Shown piece after piece: positions 1-14,461 of a stretch of 64,000 nt of DNA. The notes under the pieces are model-generated. The model was not told the DNA's origin. It was given only the letters and a program-made list of their open reading frames with translations, and searched no databases. The stretch is from the NCBI RefSeq assembly GCF_963921235.1, contig NC_086097.1:139874001-139938000 (forward strand), written 5' to 3'. The stretch's first letter is position 1; every line of letters starts with the position of its first letter. This DNA comes from Mobula hypostoma. Lineage: Eukaryota. A program made the translations under genes and the position numbers.

Positions 1-3000
1 GGGACGAGGGCATTACAGAGATAGGGAGGGGTGTACGGAGTAGCGTACATGGAGATAGTGAGGGGTGTAGGGACTGTAGGGGTTTATGGAGATAATGAGG
101 GGTGTAGGGACTGTAGGGGATTTATGGAGATAGTGAGGGGTTTAGGGACTGTAGGGGGTTATGGAGATAGAAGGGGTGTAGGGACTGCAGGGGGTTATAG
201 AGATAGTGAGGGGTGTAGGGACTGTAGGGGGTTATGGAGTTAGTGAGGGGTGTAGGGACTGTAGGGTATATGGAGATAGTGAGGGGTGTAGTGACTGTAG
301 TGGTTTATGGAGATAATGAGGGGTGTAGGGACTGTAGGCGGTTATGGAGATGGTGAGGGGTGTAGGGACTCTAGCGGATTATGGAGATAGAGAGGAGTGT
401 AGGGACTGTAGGGGGTTATGGGGATAGTGAGGGGTGTAGGGACTGTAGGGGATTATGGAGATAGTGAGGGGTGTAGGGACTGTAGGGGTTCATGAAGATA
501 GGGAGGAGTGTGGGGACGAGGGCATTACAGAGATAGGGAGGGGTGTACGGACTAGGGTACATGGAGATAGTGAGGGGTGTAGGGACTGCAGGGGATTATG
601 GAGATAGTGAGGGGTGTAGGGACTGTAGGGGGTTTATGGATATAGTGAGGGATTTAGGGACTGTAGGGGGTTATCGAGATAGTGAGGGGTGTAGGGACTG
701 TAGGGGGTTATGGGGATAGTGAAGGGTGTAGGGACTGTAGGGGGTTATGGAGATAGTCAGCGGTGTAGGGACTGTCAGGGTTATGGAGATAGTAAGAGGT
801 GTAGTGTCTGTCGGGGTAAGAGAGATAGTGAGGGGTGTAGGGACTGTTGGGAGTTATTCAGATAGTGAGGGGCGTAGGGACTGTAGGGGGTTATGGAGAT
901 AGGGAGGGAATATGGACTGAAGGGGTTTGTGGAGATAGTAAGGGGTGTAGGGACTGTAGGGGTAATAGAGATAGTGAGGGGTGTAGGGACTGTAGGGGGT
1001 TATGCAGATAGTGAGGGGCGTAGGGACTGTAGGGGGTTATGGAGATAGGGAGGGAATATGGACTGAAAGGGTTTGTGGAGATAGTAAGGGGTGTAGGGAC
1101 TCTAGGGGATTATGGAGATAGTGAGGGCTGTAGGGACTGTAGGGGGTTATGGAGATAGTGAGGGGTGTAGGGACTGTAGGGGTTTATGGAGATAATGAGG
1201 GGTGTAGGGACTGTAGGGGGTTATGGAGATAATGAGGGGTGTAGGGACTGTAGGCGGTTATGGAGATAGTGAGGGGTGTAGGGACTGTAGGGGATTATAG
1301 AGATAGTGAGGGGTGTAGGGACTGTAGGGGTTTATGGAGATAGTGAGGGGTGTAGGGACTGTAGGGGTTCATGGAGATAGGGAGGAGTGTAGGGACTAGG
1401 GCATTACAGAAATAGGGAGGGGTGTAGGGACTGTAGGGTACATGGATAGGGACTGTAGGGGTGTATGGAGATAGTGAGGGCTGTAGGGACTGTAGGGGGT
1501 TATAGAGATAGTGAGGGGAGGGTTGCAGGGTCTGTAGGCATTTATGCAGAAGTGAGGGGTGTAGGGACTGTAGGCTTTTATGGAGAAAGTGAGGGGTGTA
1601 GGAAATGTAGGGGGTTCTGGAGATAATGAGGTGTGTAGGGACTGTAGGGGGTTATGGAGATAGTGAGGGGTGTAGGGACTGTAGGGGGTTATGGAGATAG
1701 TGAGGGGTGTAGGGACTGTAGGGGGTTATGGAGATAGTGAGGGGTGTAGGGACTGTAGGGGGTTATGGAGATAGTGAGGGGTGTAGGGACTGTAGGGGTT
1801 CATGGAGATAGGGAGGAGTGTAGGGACGAGGGCATTACAGAGATAGGGAGGGGTGTACGGACTAGTTTACATGGAGATAGTGAGGGGTGTACGGACTGTA
1901 GGGGTTTATGGAGATAGTGAGGGGTGTAGGGACGGTAGGGGGTTTATGGAGAAAGTGAGGGGTGTAGGGACTGTAGGGGGTATATGGAGATAGTGAGGGG
2001 TGTAGGGACTGTAGGGGGTTTATGGAGATAGTGAGGGGTGTAGGGACTGTAGGGGGTTATGGAGATAGTGAGGGGTGTCGGGACTATAGGGTATATGGAG
2101 ATAGTGAGGGGTGCAGTGACTGTAGTGGTTTATGGAGATAATGAGGGGTGTGGGGACTGTAGGTGGTTATGGAGATAATGAAGGGTTTAGAAACTGTAGG
2201 GGTTATAGAGATAGTGAGGGGTGGTGGGACTGTCGGGGCTTATCGAGATAGTGAGGGGTGTAGGGACAGTAGGATATATGGAGATAGTGAGGGCTGTAGG
2301 GACTGTAGGGGGTTATGGAGATAGTGAGGGGTGTAGGGACTGTAGGGGATTATGGAGATAGTGAGGGGTGTAGGGACTGTAGGGGATAATGGAGATAGTG
2401 AGGGGTGTAGGGACTGTAGGGGTTTATGGAGATAGTGAGGGGTGTAGGGACTGTAGGGGGTTATGGAGATAGTGAGGTGTGTAGGGACTGTAGGGGGTTA
2501 TGGAAATACTGAGGGGTGTAGGAAATGTAGGGAGTTCTGGAGATAATGAGGTGTGTAGGGACTGTAGGGTGTTATGGAGATAATGAGGGGTGGAGGGACT
2601 GTAGGGGATTATGGAGATAGTGAGGTGTGTAGGGACTGCAGGGGGTTATCGAGATAGTGAGGGGTGTACGGACTGTAGGGGTTTATGGAGATAGTGGGCG
2701 TTGTAGGGAATGTCAGTGTGATGGAGATAGTAAGACGTGTAGGGTTTGTAGGGGTAATAGAGATAGTGAGTGGTGTAGGGACTGTTGGGGGTTATGCAGA
2801 TAGTGAGGGGCGTAGGGACTGTAGGGGGTTATGGAGATAGGGAGGGAGAATGGACTGAAAGAGTTTGTGGAGATAGTAAGGGGTGTAGGGACTCTAGGGG
2901 ATTATGGAGATGGTGAGGACTGTCGGGACTGTAGGGGGTTATGGAGATAGTGAGGGTTGTAGGGACTGTAGGGTATATGGAGATAGTGAGGGGTGTAGGG

Positions 3001-6000
3001 ACTGTTGGGGTTTATGGAGATAATGAGGGGTGTAGGGACTGAAGGGGGTTATGGAGATAGTGAGGGGTGTAGGGACTGTAGGGGATTATGGAGATAATGA
3101 GGGGTGTAGGGACTGTAGGGGTTTACAGAGATAGTGGGGGGTGTAGGGACTGTAGGGGTTCATGGAGATAGGGAGGAGTGTAGGGACGAGGGCATTACAG
3201 AGATAAGGAGGGGTTTACGGAATAGGCTACATGGAGATAGTGAGGTGTGTAGGGACTGTAGGGGTTTATGGAGATAATGAGGGGTGCAGGGACTGTAGGG
3301 GATTTATGGAGATAGTGAGTGGTTTAGGGACTGTAGGGGGTTATGGAGATAGAAGGGGTGTAGGGACTGCAATGGGTTATAGAGATAGTGAGGGCGGTAG
3401 GGACTGTAGGGGGTTATGGAGTTAGTGAGGGGTGTCGGGACTGTAGGGTATATGGAGATAGTGAGGGGTGTAGGGACTGTAGTGGTTTATGGAGATAATG
3501 AGGGGTGTAGGGACTGTAGGTGGTTATGGAGATAGTGAGGGGTGTAGGGACTGTAGGGGATTATGGAGATAGTGAGGGGTGTAGGGACTGTAGGGGGTTA
3601 TGGGGATAGTGAGGAGTGTAGGGACTGTAGGGGATTATAGAGATAGTCAGGGGTGTCGGGACTGTAGGGCATATGGAGATAGTGAGGGCTGTAGGGACTG
3701 TAGGGGTTATGCAGATAGTGAGGGGCGTAGGGACTGTAGGGGGTTATGGAGATAATGAGGGGTGTCCGGACTGTAGGCAGTTATGGAGATAGTGAGGGGT
3801 GTAGGGACTCTAGGGGATTATGGAGATAGAGAGGGGTGTAGGGACTGTAGCGGGTTATGGGAATAGTGAGGGGTGTAGGGACTGTAGTGGATTATGGAGA
3901 TAGTGAGGGGTGTAGGGACTGTAGGGGTTTACAGAGATAGTGAGGGGTGTAGGGACTGTAGGGGTTCATGGAGATAGGGAGTAGTGTAGGGACGAGGGCA
4001 TTACAGAGATAGGGAGGGGTGTACGGACTGGAGGACATGGAGATAGTCAGGGGTGTAGGGACTGTAGGGGTTTATGGAGATAATGATGGGTGTAGGGACT
4101 GCTGGGGGTGTATGGAGATGTGAGGGGTGTAGGGACTGTAGGGGGTTTTGGGGATAGTGAGGGGTGTAGGGACTGTAGGGGTTCATGGAGATAGGGAGGA
4201 GTGTAGGGACGAGGGCATTACAGAGATAGGGAGGGGTGTACGGACTAGTTTACATGGAGATAGTGAGGGGTGTACGGACTGTAGGGGTTTATGGAGATAG
4301 TGAGGGGTGTAGGGACTGTAGGGGGTTTATGGAGATAGTGAGGGGTGTAGGGACTGTAGGGGGTATATGGAGACAGTGAGGGTTGTAGGGACTGTAGGGG
4401 GTTTATGGAGATAGTGAGGGGTGTAGGGACTGTAGGGGGTTATGGAGTTAGTGAGGGGTGTCGGGACTGTAGGGTATATGGAGATAGTGAGGGGTGTAGG
4501 GACTGTAGTGGTTTATGGAGATAATGAGGGGTGTAGGGACTGTAGGTGGTTATGGAGATAGTGAGGGGTGTAGGGACTGTAGGGGATTATGGAGATAGTG
4601 AGGGGTGTAGGGACTGTAGGGGGTTATGGGGATAGTGAGGACTGTAGGGGCTGTAGGGGATTATAGAGATAGTCAGGGGTGTCGGGACTGTAGGGCATAT
4701 GGAGATAGTGAGGGCTGTAGGGACTGTAGGGGTTATGCAGATAGTGAGGGGCGTAGGGACTGTAGGGGGTTTTGGAGATAATGAGGGGTGTCCGGACTGT
4801 AGGCAGTTATGGAGATAGTGAGGGGTGTAGGGACTCTAGGGGATTATGGAGATAGAGAGGGGTGTAGGGACTGTAGGGGGTTATGGGAATAGTGAGGGGT
4901 GTAGGGACTGTAGTGGATTATGGAGATAGTGAGGGGTGTAGGGACTGTAGGGGTTTACAGAGATAGTGAGAGGTGTAGGGACTGTAGGGGTTCATGGAGA
5001 TAGGGAGTAGTGTAGGGACGAGGGCATTACAGATATAGGGAGGGGTGTACGGACTGGAGGACATGGAGATAGTCAGGGGTGTCGGGACTGTAGTGGTTTA
5101 TGGAGATAATGATGGGTGTAGGGACTGTAGGGGGTGTATGGAGATGTGAGGGGTGTAGGGACTGTAGGGGGTTATGGGGATAGTGAGGGGTGTAGGGACT
5201 GTAGGGGTTCATGGAGATAGGGAGGAGTGTAGGGACGAGGGCATTACAGAGATAGGGAGGGGTGTACGGACTAGTTTACATGGAGATAGTGAGGGGTGTA
5301 CGGACTGTAGGGGTTTATGGAGATAGTGAGGGGTGTAGGGACGGTAGGGGGTTTATGGAGAAAGTGAGGGGTGTAGGGACTGTAAGGTATATGGAGACAG
5401 TGAGGGTTGTAGGGACTGTAGGGGGTTTATGGAGATAGTGAGGGGTGTAGGGACTGTAGGGGGTTATGGAGATAATGAGGGGTGTAGGGACTGTAGGCGG
5501 TTATGGAGATAGTGAGGGGTGTAGGGACTGTAGGGGTTTATGGAGATAATGAGGGGTGTAGGGACTGTAGGGGGTTATGGAGATAATGAGGGGTGTAGGG
5601 ACTGTAGGGGGTTATGGAGATAGTGAGGGGTGTAGGGACTGTAGGGGTTCATGAAGATAGGGAGGAGTGTAGGGACGAGGGCATTACAGAGATAGGGAGG
5701 GGTGTACGGACTAGGGTACATGGAGATAGTGAGGGGTGTAGGGACTGCAGGGGTTTATGGAGATAGTGACGGGTGTAGGGACTGTAGGGGGTTTATGGAG
5801 ATAGTGAGGGGTGTAGGGACTGTAGGGGGTTATGGCGATAGTGAGGGGTGTAGGGACTGTAGGGGATTATGGAGATAATGAAGGGTGTAGGGACTGTAGG
5901 GGTTATAGAGATAGTGAGGGGTGTAGGGACTGTAGGGGTTATGGAGATAGTGAGGGGTGTAGGGACTGTAGGGGGTTATGGGGATAGTGAGGGGTGTAGG

Positions 6001-9000
6001 GACTGTAGGGGGTTATGGAGATAGTGAGGGGTGTAGGGACTGTAGGGGGTTATGGAGATAGTGAGGGGTGTAGGGACTGTAGGGGATAATAGAGATAGTG
6101 AGGGGAGGGTTGTAGGGACTGTAGGGTTTTATGGAGATAGTGAGGGGTGTAGGAACTGTAGGGGGTTATGGAGATAGTGAGGGGTGTAGGGACTGTAGGG
6201 GGTTATGGAGATAGTGAGGGGTGTAGGGACTGTAGGGTGTTATGGAGATAATGAGGGGTGGAGGGACTGTAGGGGATTATGGAGATAGTGAGGGGTGTAG
6301 GGACTGTAGGGGGTTATGGAGATAGTGAGGGCTGTACGGACTGTAGGGGTTTATGGAGATAGTGAGGGGTGTAGGGACTGTAGGGGGTTATGGAGATAGT
6401 GAGGGGTGTAGTGACTGTAGGGGGTTATGGGGATAGTGAAGGATGTAGGGACTGTAGGGGTTCATGAAGATAGGGAGGAGTGTAGGGACGAGGGCATTAC
6501 AGAGATAGGGAGAGGTGTACGGACTAGGGTACATGGAGATAGTGAGGGGTGTAGGGACTGCAGGGGTTTATGGAGATAGTGACGGGTGTAGGGACTGTAG
6601 GGGGTTTATGGAGATAGTGAGGGGTTTAGGGACTGTAGGGGGTTATCGAGATAGTGAGGGGTGTAGGGACTGTAGGGGTTTATGGAGATAGTCAGCGGTG
6701 TAGGGACTGTCAGGGTTATGGAGATAGTAAGAGGTGTAGTGTCTGTAGGGGTAATAGGGATAGTGAGGGGTGTAGGGACTGTAGGGGGTAATGCAGATAG
6801 TGAGGGGCGTAGGGACTGTAGGGGGTTATGGAGATAGGGAGGGAATAGGGAATGAAGGGGTTTGTGGAGATAGTGAGGATTGTAGGGACTCTAGGGGATT
6901 ATGCAGATCGTGAGGGGTGTAGGGACTGTAGGGTATATAGAGATAATGAGGGGTTTAGAGACTGTAGGGGTTATAGAGATAGTGAGGGGTGTAGGGACTG
7001 TAGGGGTTTATGGAGATAGTCAGCGGTGTAGGGACTGTAGGGGGTTATGGAGATAGTAAGAGGTGTAGTGTCTGTCGGGGTAAGAGAGATAGTGAGGGGT
7101 GTAGGGACTGTTGGGGTTTATTCAGATAGTGAGGGGTGTAGGGACTGTAGGGGGTTATGGAGATAGGGAGGGAATATGGACTGAAGGGGTTTGTGGAGAT
7201 AGTAAGGGGTGTAGGGACTGTAGGGGTTAATGGAGATAGTGAGGGGTGTAGGGACTGTAGGGGGTTATGGAGATAGTGAGGGGTGTAGGGACTGTAGGGT
7301 ATATGGAGATAGTGAGGGGTGTAGGGACTGTAGGGGTTTATGGAGATAATGAGGGGTGTAGGGACTGTAGGGGGTTATGGAGATAATGAGGGGTGTCGGG
7401 ACTGTAGGCAGTTATGAAGATAGTGAGGGGTGTAGGGACTGTAGGGGGTTATGGGGATAGTGAGGGGTGTAGGGACTGTAGGGGGTTATGGAGTTAGTGA
7501 GGGGTGTAGGGACTGTAGGGTATATGGAGATAGTGAGGGGTGTAGGGACTGTAGGGGTTTATGGAGATAATGAGGGGTGTAGGGACTGCAGGGGGTTATG
7601 GAGATAATGAGGGGTGTAGGGACTGTAGGCGGTTATGGAGATAGTGAGGGGTGTTGGGACTGTAGGGTATATGGAGATAGTGCGGGGTGTAGGGACTGTT
7701 GTGGTTTATGGAGATAATGAGGGGTGTAGGAATTTTAGGGGGTTATGGAGATAATGAGGGGTGTAGGGACTGTAGGGGGTTATGGAGATAGTGAGTGGTG
7801 TAGGGACTGTAGGGGGTTATGGGGATAGTGAAGGGTGTAGGGACTGTAGGGGATTATGGAGATAGTGAGGGGTGTAGGGACTGTAGGGGTTCATGAAGAT
7901 AGGGAGGAGTGTGGGGACGAGGGCATTACAGAGATAGGGAGGGGTGTACGGACTAGGGTACATGGAGATAGTGAGGGGTGTAGGGACTGCAGGGGTTTAT
8001 GGAGATAGTGAGGGGTGTAGGGACTGTAGGGGGTTTATGGAGATAGTGAGGGGTTTAGGGACTGTAGGGGGTTATCGAGATAGTGAGGGGTGTAGGGACT
8101 GTAGGGGGTTATGGGGATAGTGAGGGGTGTAGGGACTGTAGGGGATTATGGAGATAATGAGGGGTTTAGAGACTGTAGGGGTTATAGAGATAGTGAGGGG
8201 TTTAGGGACTGTAGGGGGTTATCGAGATAGTGAGGGGTGTAGGGACTGTAGGGGGTTATGGAGATAGTGAGGGGTGTAGGGACTGTAGGATATATGGAGA
8301 TAGTGAGGGCTGTAGGGACTGTAGGGGGTTATGGAGATAGTGAGGGGTGTAGGGACTGTAGGGGATAATAGAGATAGTGAGGGGAGGGTTGTAGGGACTG
8401 TAGGCTTTTATGGAGAAAGTGAGGGGTGTAGGAAATGTAAGGGGTTCTGGAGATAATGAGGTGTGTAGGGACTGTAGGGGGTTATGGAAATACTGAGGGG
8501 TGTAGGGACTGTAGGGTGTTATGGAGATAATGAGGGGTGGAGGGACTGTAGGGGATTATGGAGATAGTGAGGGGTGTAGGGACTGTAGGGGGTTATGGAG
8601 ATAGTGAGGGGTGTACGGACTGTAGGGGTTTATGGAGATGATGAGGGGTGTAAGGACTGTAGGGGGTTATGGAGATAGTGAGGGGTGTAGGGACTGTAGG
8701 GGGTTATGGGGATAGTGAGGGGTGTAGGGACTGTAGGGGTTCATGAAGATAGGGAGGAGTGTGGGGACGAGGGCATTACAGAGATAGGGAGGGGTGTACG
8801 GACTAGGGTACATGGAGATAGTGAGGGGTGTAGGGACTGCAGGGGATTATGGAGATAGTGAGGGGTGTAGGGACTGTAGGGGGTTTATGGATATAGTGAG
8901 GGATTTAGGGACTGTAGGGGGTTATCGAGATAGTGAGGTGTGTAGGGACTGTAGGGGGTTATGGAGATAGTGAGTGGTGTAGGGACTGTAGGGGGTTTAT

Positions 9001-12000
9001 GGAGATAGTGAGGGGTGTAGTGACTGTAGGGGGTTATGGGGATAGTGAGGGGTGTAGGGACTGTAGGGGGTTATGGAGATAGTGAGGGGTGTAGGGACTG
9101 TAGGGGGTTATGGAGATAGGGAGGGAATAGGGAATGAAGGGGTTTGTGGAGATAGTGAGGGGTGTAGGGACTCTAGGGGATTATGGAGATAGTGAGGGGT
9201 GTAGGGACTGTAGGGTATATGGAGATAGTGAGGGGTGTAGGGACTGTAGGGGGTTATGGGGATAGTGAGGGGTGTAGGGACTGTAGGGGTTTATGGAGAT
9301 AGTCAGCGGTGTAGGGACTGTCAGGGTTATGGAGATAGTAAGAGGTGTAGTGTCTGTCGGGGTAAGAGAGATAGTGAGGGGTGTAGGGACTGTTGGGAGT
9401 TATTCAGATAGTGAGGGGCGTAGGGACTGTAGGGGGTTATGGAGATAGGGAGGGAATATGGACTGAAGGGGTTTGTGGAGATAGTAAGGGGTGTAGGGAC
9501 TGTAGGGGTAATAGAGATAGTGAGGGGTGTAGGGACTGTTGGGGGTTATGCAGATAGTGAGGGCTGTAGGGACTGTAGGGGGTTATGGAGTTAGTGAGGG
9601 GTGTAGGGACTGTAGGGTATATGGAGATAGTGAGGGGTGTAGGGACTGTAGGGGTTTATGGAGATAATGAGGGGTGTAGGGACTGTAGGGGGTTATGGAG
9701 ATAGTGAGGGGTGTCGGGACTGTAGGCAGTTATGAAGATAGTGAGGGGTGTAGGGACTGTAGGGGGTTATGGAGATAGTGAGGGGTGTAGGGACTGTAGG
9801 GGGTTATGGAGTTAGTGAGGGGTGTAGGGACTGTAGGGTATATGGAGATAGTGAGGGGTGTAGGGACTGTAGGGGTTTATGGAGATAATGAGGGGTGTAG
9901 GGACTGCAGGGGGTTATGGAGATAATGAGGGGTGTAGGGACTGTAGGCGGTTATGGAGATAGTGAGGGGTGTTGGGACTGTAGGGTATATGGAGATAGTG
10001 CGGGGTGTAGGGACTGTTGTGGTTTATGGAGATAATGAGGGGTGTAGGAATTTTAGGAGTTTATGGAGATAATGAGGTGTGTAGGGACTGTAGGGGTTTA
10101 TGGAGATAGTGAGGGGTGTAGGGACTGTAGGGGGTTATGGGGATAGTGAAGGGTGTAGGGACTGTAGGGGATTATGGAGATAGTGAGGGGTGTAGGGACT
10201 GTAGGGGTTCATGAAGATAGGGAGGAGTGTGGGGACGAGGGCATTACAGAGATAGGGAGGGGTGTACGGACTAGGGTACATGGAGATAGTGAGGGGTGTA
10301 GGGACTGCAGGGGATTATGGAGATAGTGAGGGGTGTAGGGACTGTAGGGGGTTTATGGAGATAGTGAGGGGTGTAGGGACTGTAGGGGGTTATGGGGATA
10401 GTGAGGGGTGTAGGGACTGTAGGGGGTTATGGAGATAGTGAGGGGTGTAGGGACTGTAGGGGTTTATGGAGATAGTGAGGGGTGTAGGGACTGCAGGGGG
10501 TTATGGAGATAATGAGGGGTGTAGGGACTGTAGGCGGTTATGGAGATAGTGAGGGGTGTTGGGACTGTAGGGTATATGGAGATAGTGCGGGGTGTAGGGA
10601 CTGTTGTGGTTTATGGAGATAATGAGGGGTGTAGGAATTTTAGGGGGTTATGGAGATAATGAGGGGTGTAGGGACTGTAGGGGGTTATGGAGATAGTGAG
10701 TGGTGTAGGGACTGTAGGGGGTTTATGGAGATAGTGAGGGGTGTAGGGACTGTAGGGGGTTATGGGGATAGTGAAGGGTGTAGGGACTGTAGGGGATTAT
10801 GGAGATAGTGAGGGGTGTAGGGACTGTAGGGGTTCATGAAGATAGGGAGGAGTGTGGGGACGAGGGCATTACAGAGATAGGGAGGGGTGTACGGACTAGG
10901 GTACATGGAGATAGTGAGGGGTGTAGGGACTGCAGGGGATTATGGAGATAGTGAGGGGTGTAGGGACTGTAGGGGGTTTATGGATATAGTGAGGGATGTA
11001 GGGACTGTAGGGGGTTATGGAGATAGTGAGGGGTGTAGGGACTGTAGGGGGTTATGGAGATAATGAGGGGTTTAGAGACTGTAGGGGTTATAGAGATAGT
11101 AAGGGGTGGTGGGACTGTAGGATATATGGAGATAGTGAGTGCTGTAGGGACTGTAGGGGGTTATGGAGATAGTGAGGGGTGTAGGTACTGTAGGGGATAA
11201 TAGAGATAGTGAGGGGAGGGTTGTAGGGGTAGGCTTTTATGGAGAAAGTGAGGGGTGTAGATAGTGATGGGGTGTAGGGACTGTAGGGGGTTATGGAGAT
11301 ACTGAGGGGTGTAGGGACTGTAGGGGTGTTATGGAGATAGTGGAGGGGTGATTAGGGACTGTAGGGGTTTAGGAATAGGGGGAGATAGTGAGGGGTGTAG
11401 GGACTGTAGGGGGTAATGCAGATAGTGAGGGGCGTAGGGACTGTAGGGGGTTATGGAGATAGGGAGGGAATAGGGAATGAAGGGGTTTGTGGAGATAGTG
11501 AGGGGTGTAGGGACTCTAGGGGATTATGCAGATCGTGAGGGGTGTAGGGACTGTAGGGTATATAGAGATAATGAGGGGTTTAGAGACTGTAGGGGTTATA
11601 GAGATAGTGAGGGGTGTAGGGACTGTAGGGGTTTATGGAGATAGTGAGGGGTGTAGGGGCTGTAGGGGGTTATGGAGATAATGAGGGGTGTAGGAACTGT
11701 AGGGGAGTTTTGGAGATAATGAGGGGTTTAGGGACTGTAGGGGGTTATGGAGATACTGAGGGGTGTAGGGTCTGTAGGGGATTATAGAGATTGTGAGGGG
11801 TGTAGGGACTGTAGGGGGTTTATGGAGATAGTGAGGGCTGTAGGGACTCTAGGGGATTATGGAGATAGTGAGGGGTGTAGGGACTGTAGGGGGTTATGGA
11901 GATAATGAGGGGTGTAGGGACTGTAGGCGGTTATGGAGATAGTGAGGGGTGTAGGGACTGCAGGGGGTTATGGAGATAATGAGGGGTGTAGGGACTGTAG

Positions 12001-13140
12001 GGGATAATGGAGATAGTGAGGGGAGGGTTGCAGGGACTGTCGGCGTTTATGGAGAAAGTGAGGTGTGTAGGGACTGTAGGGGGTTATCGAGATAGTGAGT
12101 GGTGTTGGGACTGTAGGGGTTTATGACGATAATGAAGGGTGTAGGGACTGTAGAGCGTTATCGAGATCGTGAGGGGTTTAGGGACTGTAGGGGATTATGG
12201 AGATAATGAGCGGTGTAGGGACTGTCAGGGTTATGGAGATAGGAAGAGGTGTAGGGACTGTAGGGGTAATGGAGATAGTGAGTGGTGTAGGGACTGTACA
12301 GGGTTATGCAGATAGTGAGGGGCGTAGGGTCTGTAGGGTGTTATGGAGATAGGGAGGGAATAGGGACTGAAGGGGTTTGTGGAGATAGTGTGGGGTGTAG
12401 GGACTCTCGGGGATTATGGAGATAGTGAGGGGTGTAAGGATTGTTGGGGGTTATGGAGATAATGAGCGGTGTAGGGACTGTAGGGGTTATGGAGATAGTG
12501 AGAGGTGTAGTGACTGTAGGGGTTGTGGAGATAATGAGATGTGTAGGGACTGTAGGCGGTTATGGAGATAGTGAGGGGTGTAGGGACTGTACGGGGTTAT
12601 GGTGATACTGAGGGGTGTAGGGGCTGTAGGGGATAATGGAGATAGTGAGGGGAGGGTTGCAGGGACTGTCGGCGTTTATGGAGAAAGTGAGGGGTGTAGG
12701 AACTGTAGGGGGTTCTGGAGATAATGAGGGGTGTAGGGACTAGGGGGTTATGGAGATAGTGAGGGGTGTAGGGACTGTAGGGGGTTATGGAGATAGTGAG
12801 GTGTGGAGGGACTGTAGGGGATTCTGGAGATAGTGAGGTGTGTAGGGACTGGAGGGGATTACAGAGATAGGGTGGGAGACAGGGACTGGAGGGGATTACA
12901 TAGTTAGGGAGGGGTGTAGGGACTGGAGGGATTACAGGGGTAAGGGGTGATGCAGGGATGAGGGGATTACAGAGATAGCTGAGTGGTGTCTGTTGTGGAG
13001 GGGATTACAGAGATAGTGAGGGGTGTAGGGACGAGTTGATTACAGAGATAGGTAGTGGTGTAGGGCTGGTAGGGATTACAAAAATGGGCAGGGAATAAGG
13101 ATTGCAGGGGATTATATAGACGGGATGGGTGTGTAGTTTA
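1..13140 (+). repeat. 37-bp G-rich minisatellite, consensus GGAGATAGTGAGGGGTGTAGGGACTGTAGGGGGTTAT, roughly 350 units, running off the left edge
   Basis: Period read directly (GTTATGGAGA at 1651 and 1688). The array degenerates from about 12840 to 13140. Confidence 0.98.
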
Positions 13141-13386
13141 CACTGCTTGATGGAACGTTCTCTGGCAGCAAACTCCTTTGAATACATGTCACTGTGTGTA
13201 CCTCAGCTCTGGGCCTGGACTGGTCCCATTCCCAATGCTGGTCCTGTTTAAGATGGAACACAGTGGTCATACTGGTGTTTCCCTCTTAACCTTTACTCTC
13301 CATTCTCGGCTCTGCTTCAGTTCCGAGAATTGCATCGTTCCCTTCCGCTTTCTCTCACTGCCCTCTCCCCCACCTCACTACCCCAG

Positions 13387-13411
13387 GGGAAATGGGTTCC
13401 AGTGACGACCG
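13387..13411 (+). CDS. Candidate 25-nt internal exon of an unidentified + strand gene (xEMGSSDD-R)
   Basis: Long polypyrimidine tract ending CCCCAG, donor GTGCGA. Its phase-2 end joins in frame to the exon at 14462. Confidence 0.4.
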
Positions 13412-14461
13412 GTGCGAAGTAGCCTGCACTGTAGATGGATAGTGACAGAGAGTCCTTTCCCGTGACGGAGCAGACGAATGGTTAACTGGGTGGTTACTGG
13501 GGAAGGCCATGGGCAGGGAGGTCAGGATTTAAAGTTGTTCATTCCAGAGTCCGTTGTGGAGGCTGGAATCCACTTACAATTGAGCTGTTGTGCTGCAATG
13601 GGATTTGGATCGATTGTGGCCTGTGAGTACAGGGGGCAGTGTCTGTACCTTGTGGATGGGGGAGGGAGAGTGTCAGGGACCAGTTAGCCTTCTGATTCCA
13701 GGCCAGTAGCTCCTGAATAAGACCCTGCACACCACCCTTCGTCCACCCCAACTGTGACACACTCCCCCCCACACACACACACACACTCCACCCATATTTC
13801 CTCACACAGACTGAGGGGATCAAGAGAGCACCCCTGAGACCTGCTGCTCCCTGCAGATCTGAAATAAGTGGAAGATCAGTCGGGATTCAGACATGCTCCT
13901 TTCCTCAGCCCCAGTGCTGATCCCCTCTCCTCACCTATCAGAAGTTTGTGGGTTCAAGTCTCACTCAGGAGACCAAGTGGAAAGATCTGGCCTGAGGCAG
14001 CTGCACAGTACTGGGCTCTGCCTGCACCTGTGCCCCACCCCCCTCCCAGACCACCAGTTACTGGGGCACCCATAAATTGCCTGTATCCGGGGGGCTGTGG
14101 GGGGAGCCACACAAATCACCTGTGCCTGGACAACCCCTGGACCATCCGTGCCCGGGACCCCCATGTACTGCCTGAGCCTGGACACCCATGTACCACCTAT
14201 GCTCATGGCACCCACAGAGTGCCTCTGCCTGGGATGCCCACAGACAGTCTGTACCTTGGGCATCCATGGACAGGCTGTACCTGGATGGGGATTGACTCTC
14301 CGCCATCTGGGACCCATTGTTCCAGTGCTCCCACAGCTCTGGGGTTTTGGAGAAGACTTGGAGGAGGGGGGGTCTTCCCAATGTGTGGACCACCAACCCA
14401 TCCCTCAGTCAGCATCATTGCAAGAAACACAGACTCTGGGATCTCATTGTTTCCTGTCTAG

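Noticed and set aside
13202..13428. Minus-strand exon with ATG (MTTVFHLKQDQHWEWDQSRPRAE)
   Set aside because: The splice-like sites are plausible, but there is no recognisable protein. It overlaps the better-supported + strand micro-exon and its polypyrimidine tract. Not fully excluded.
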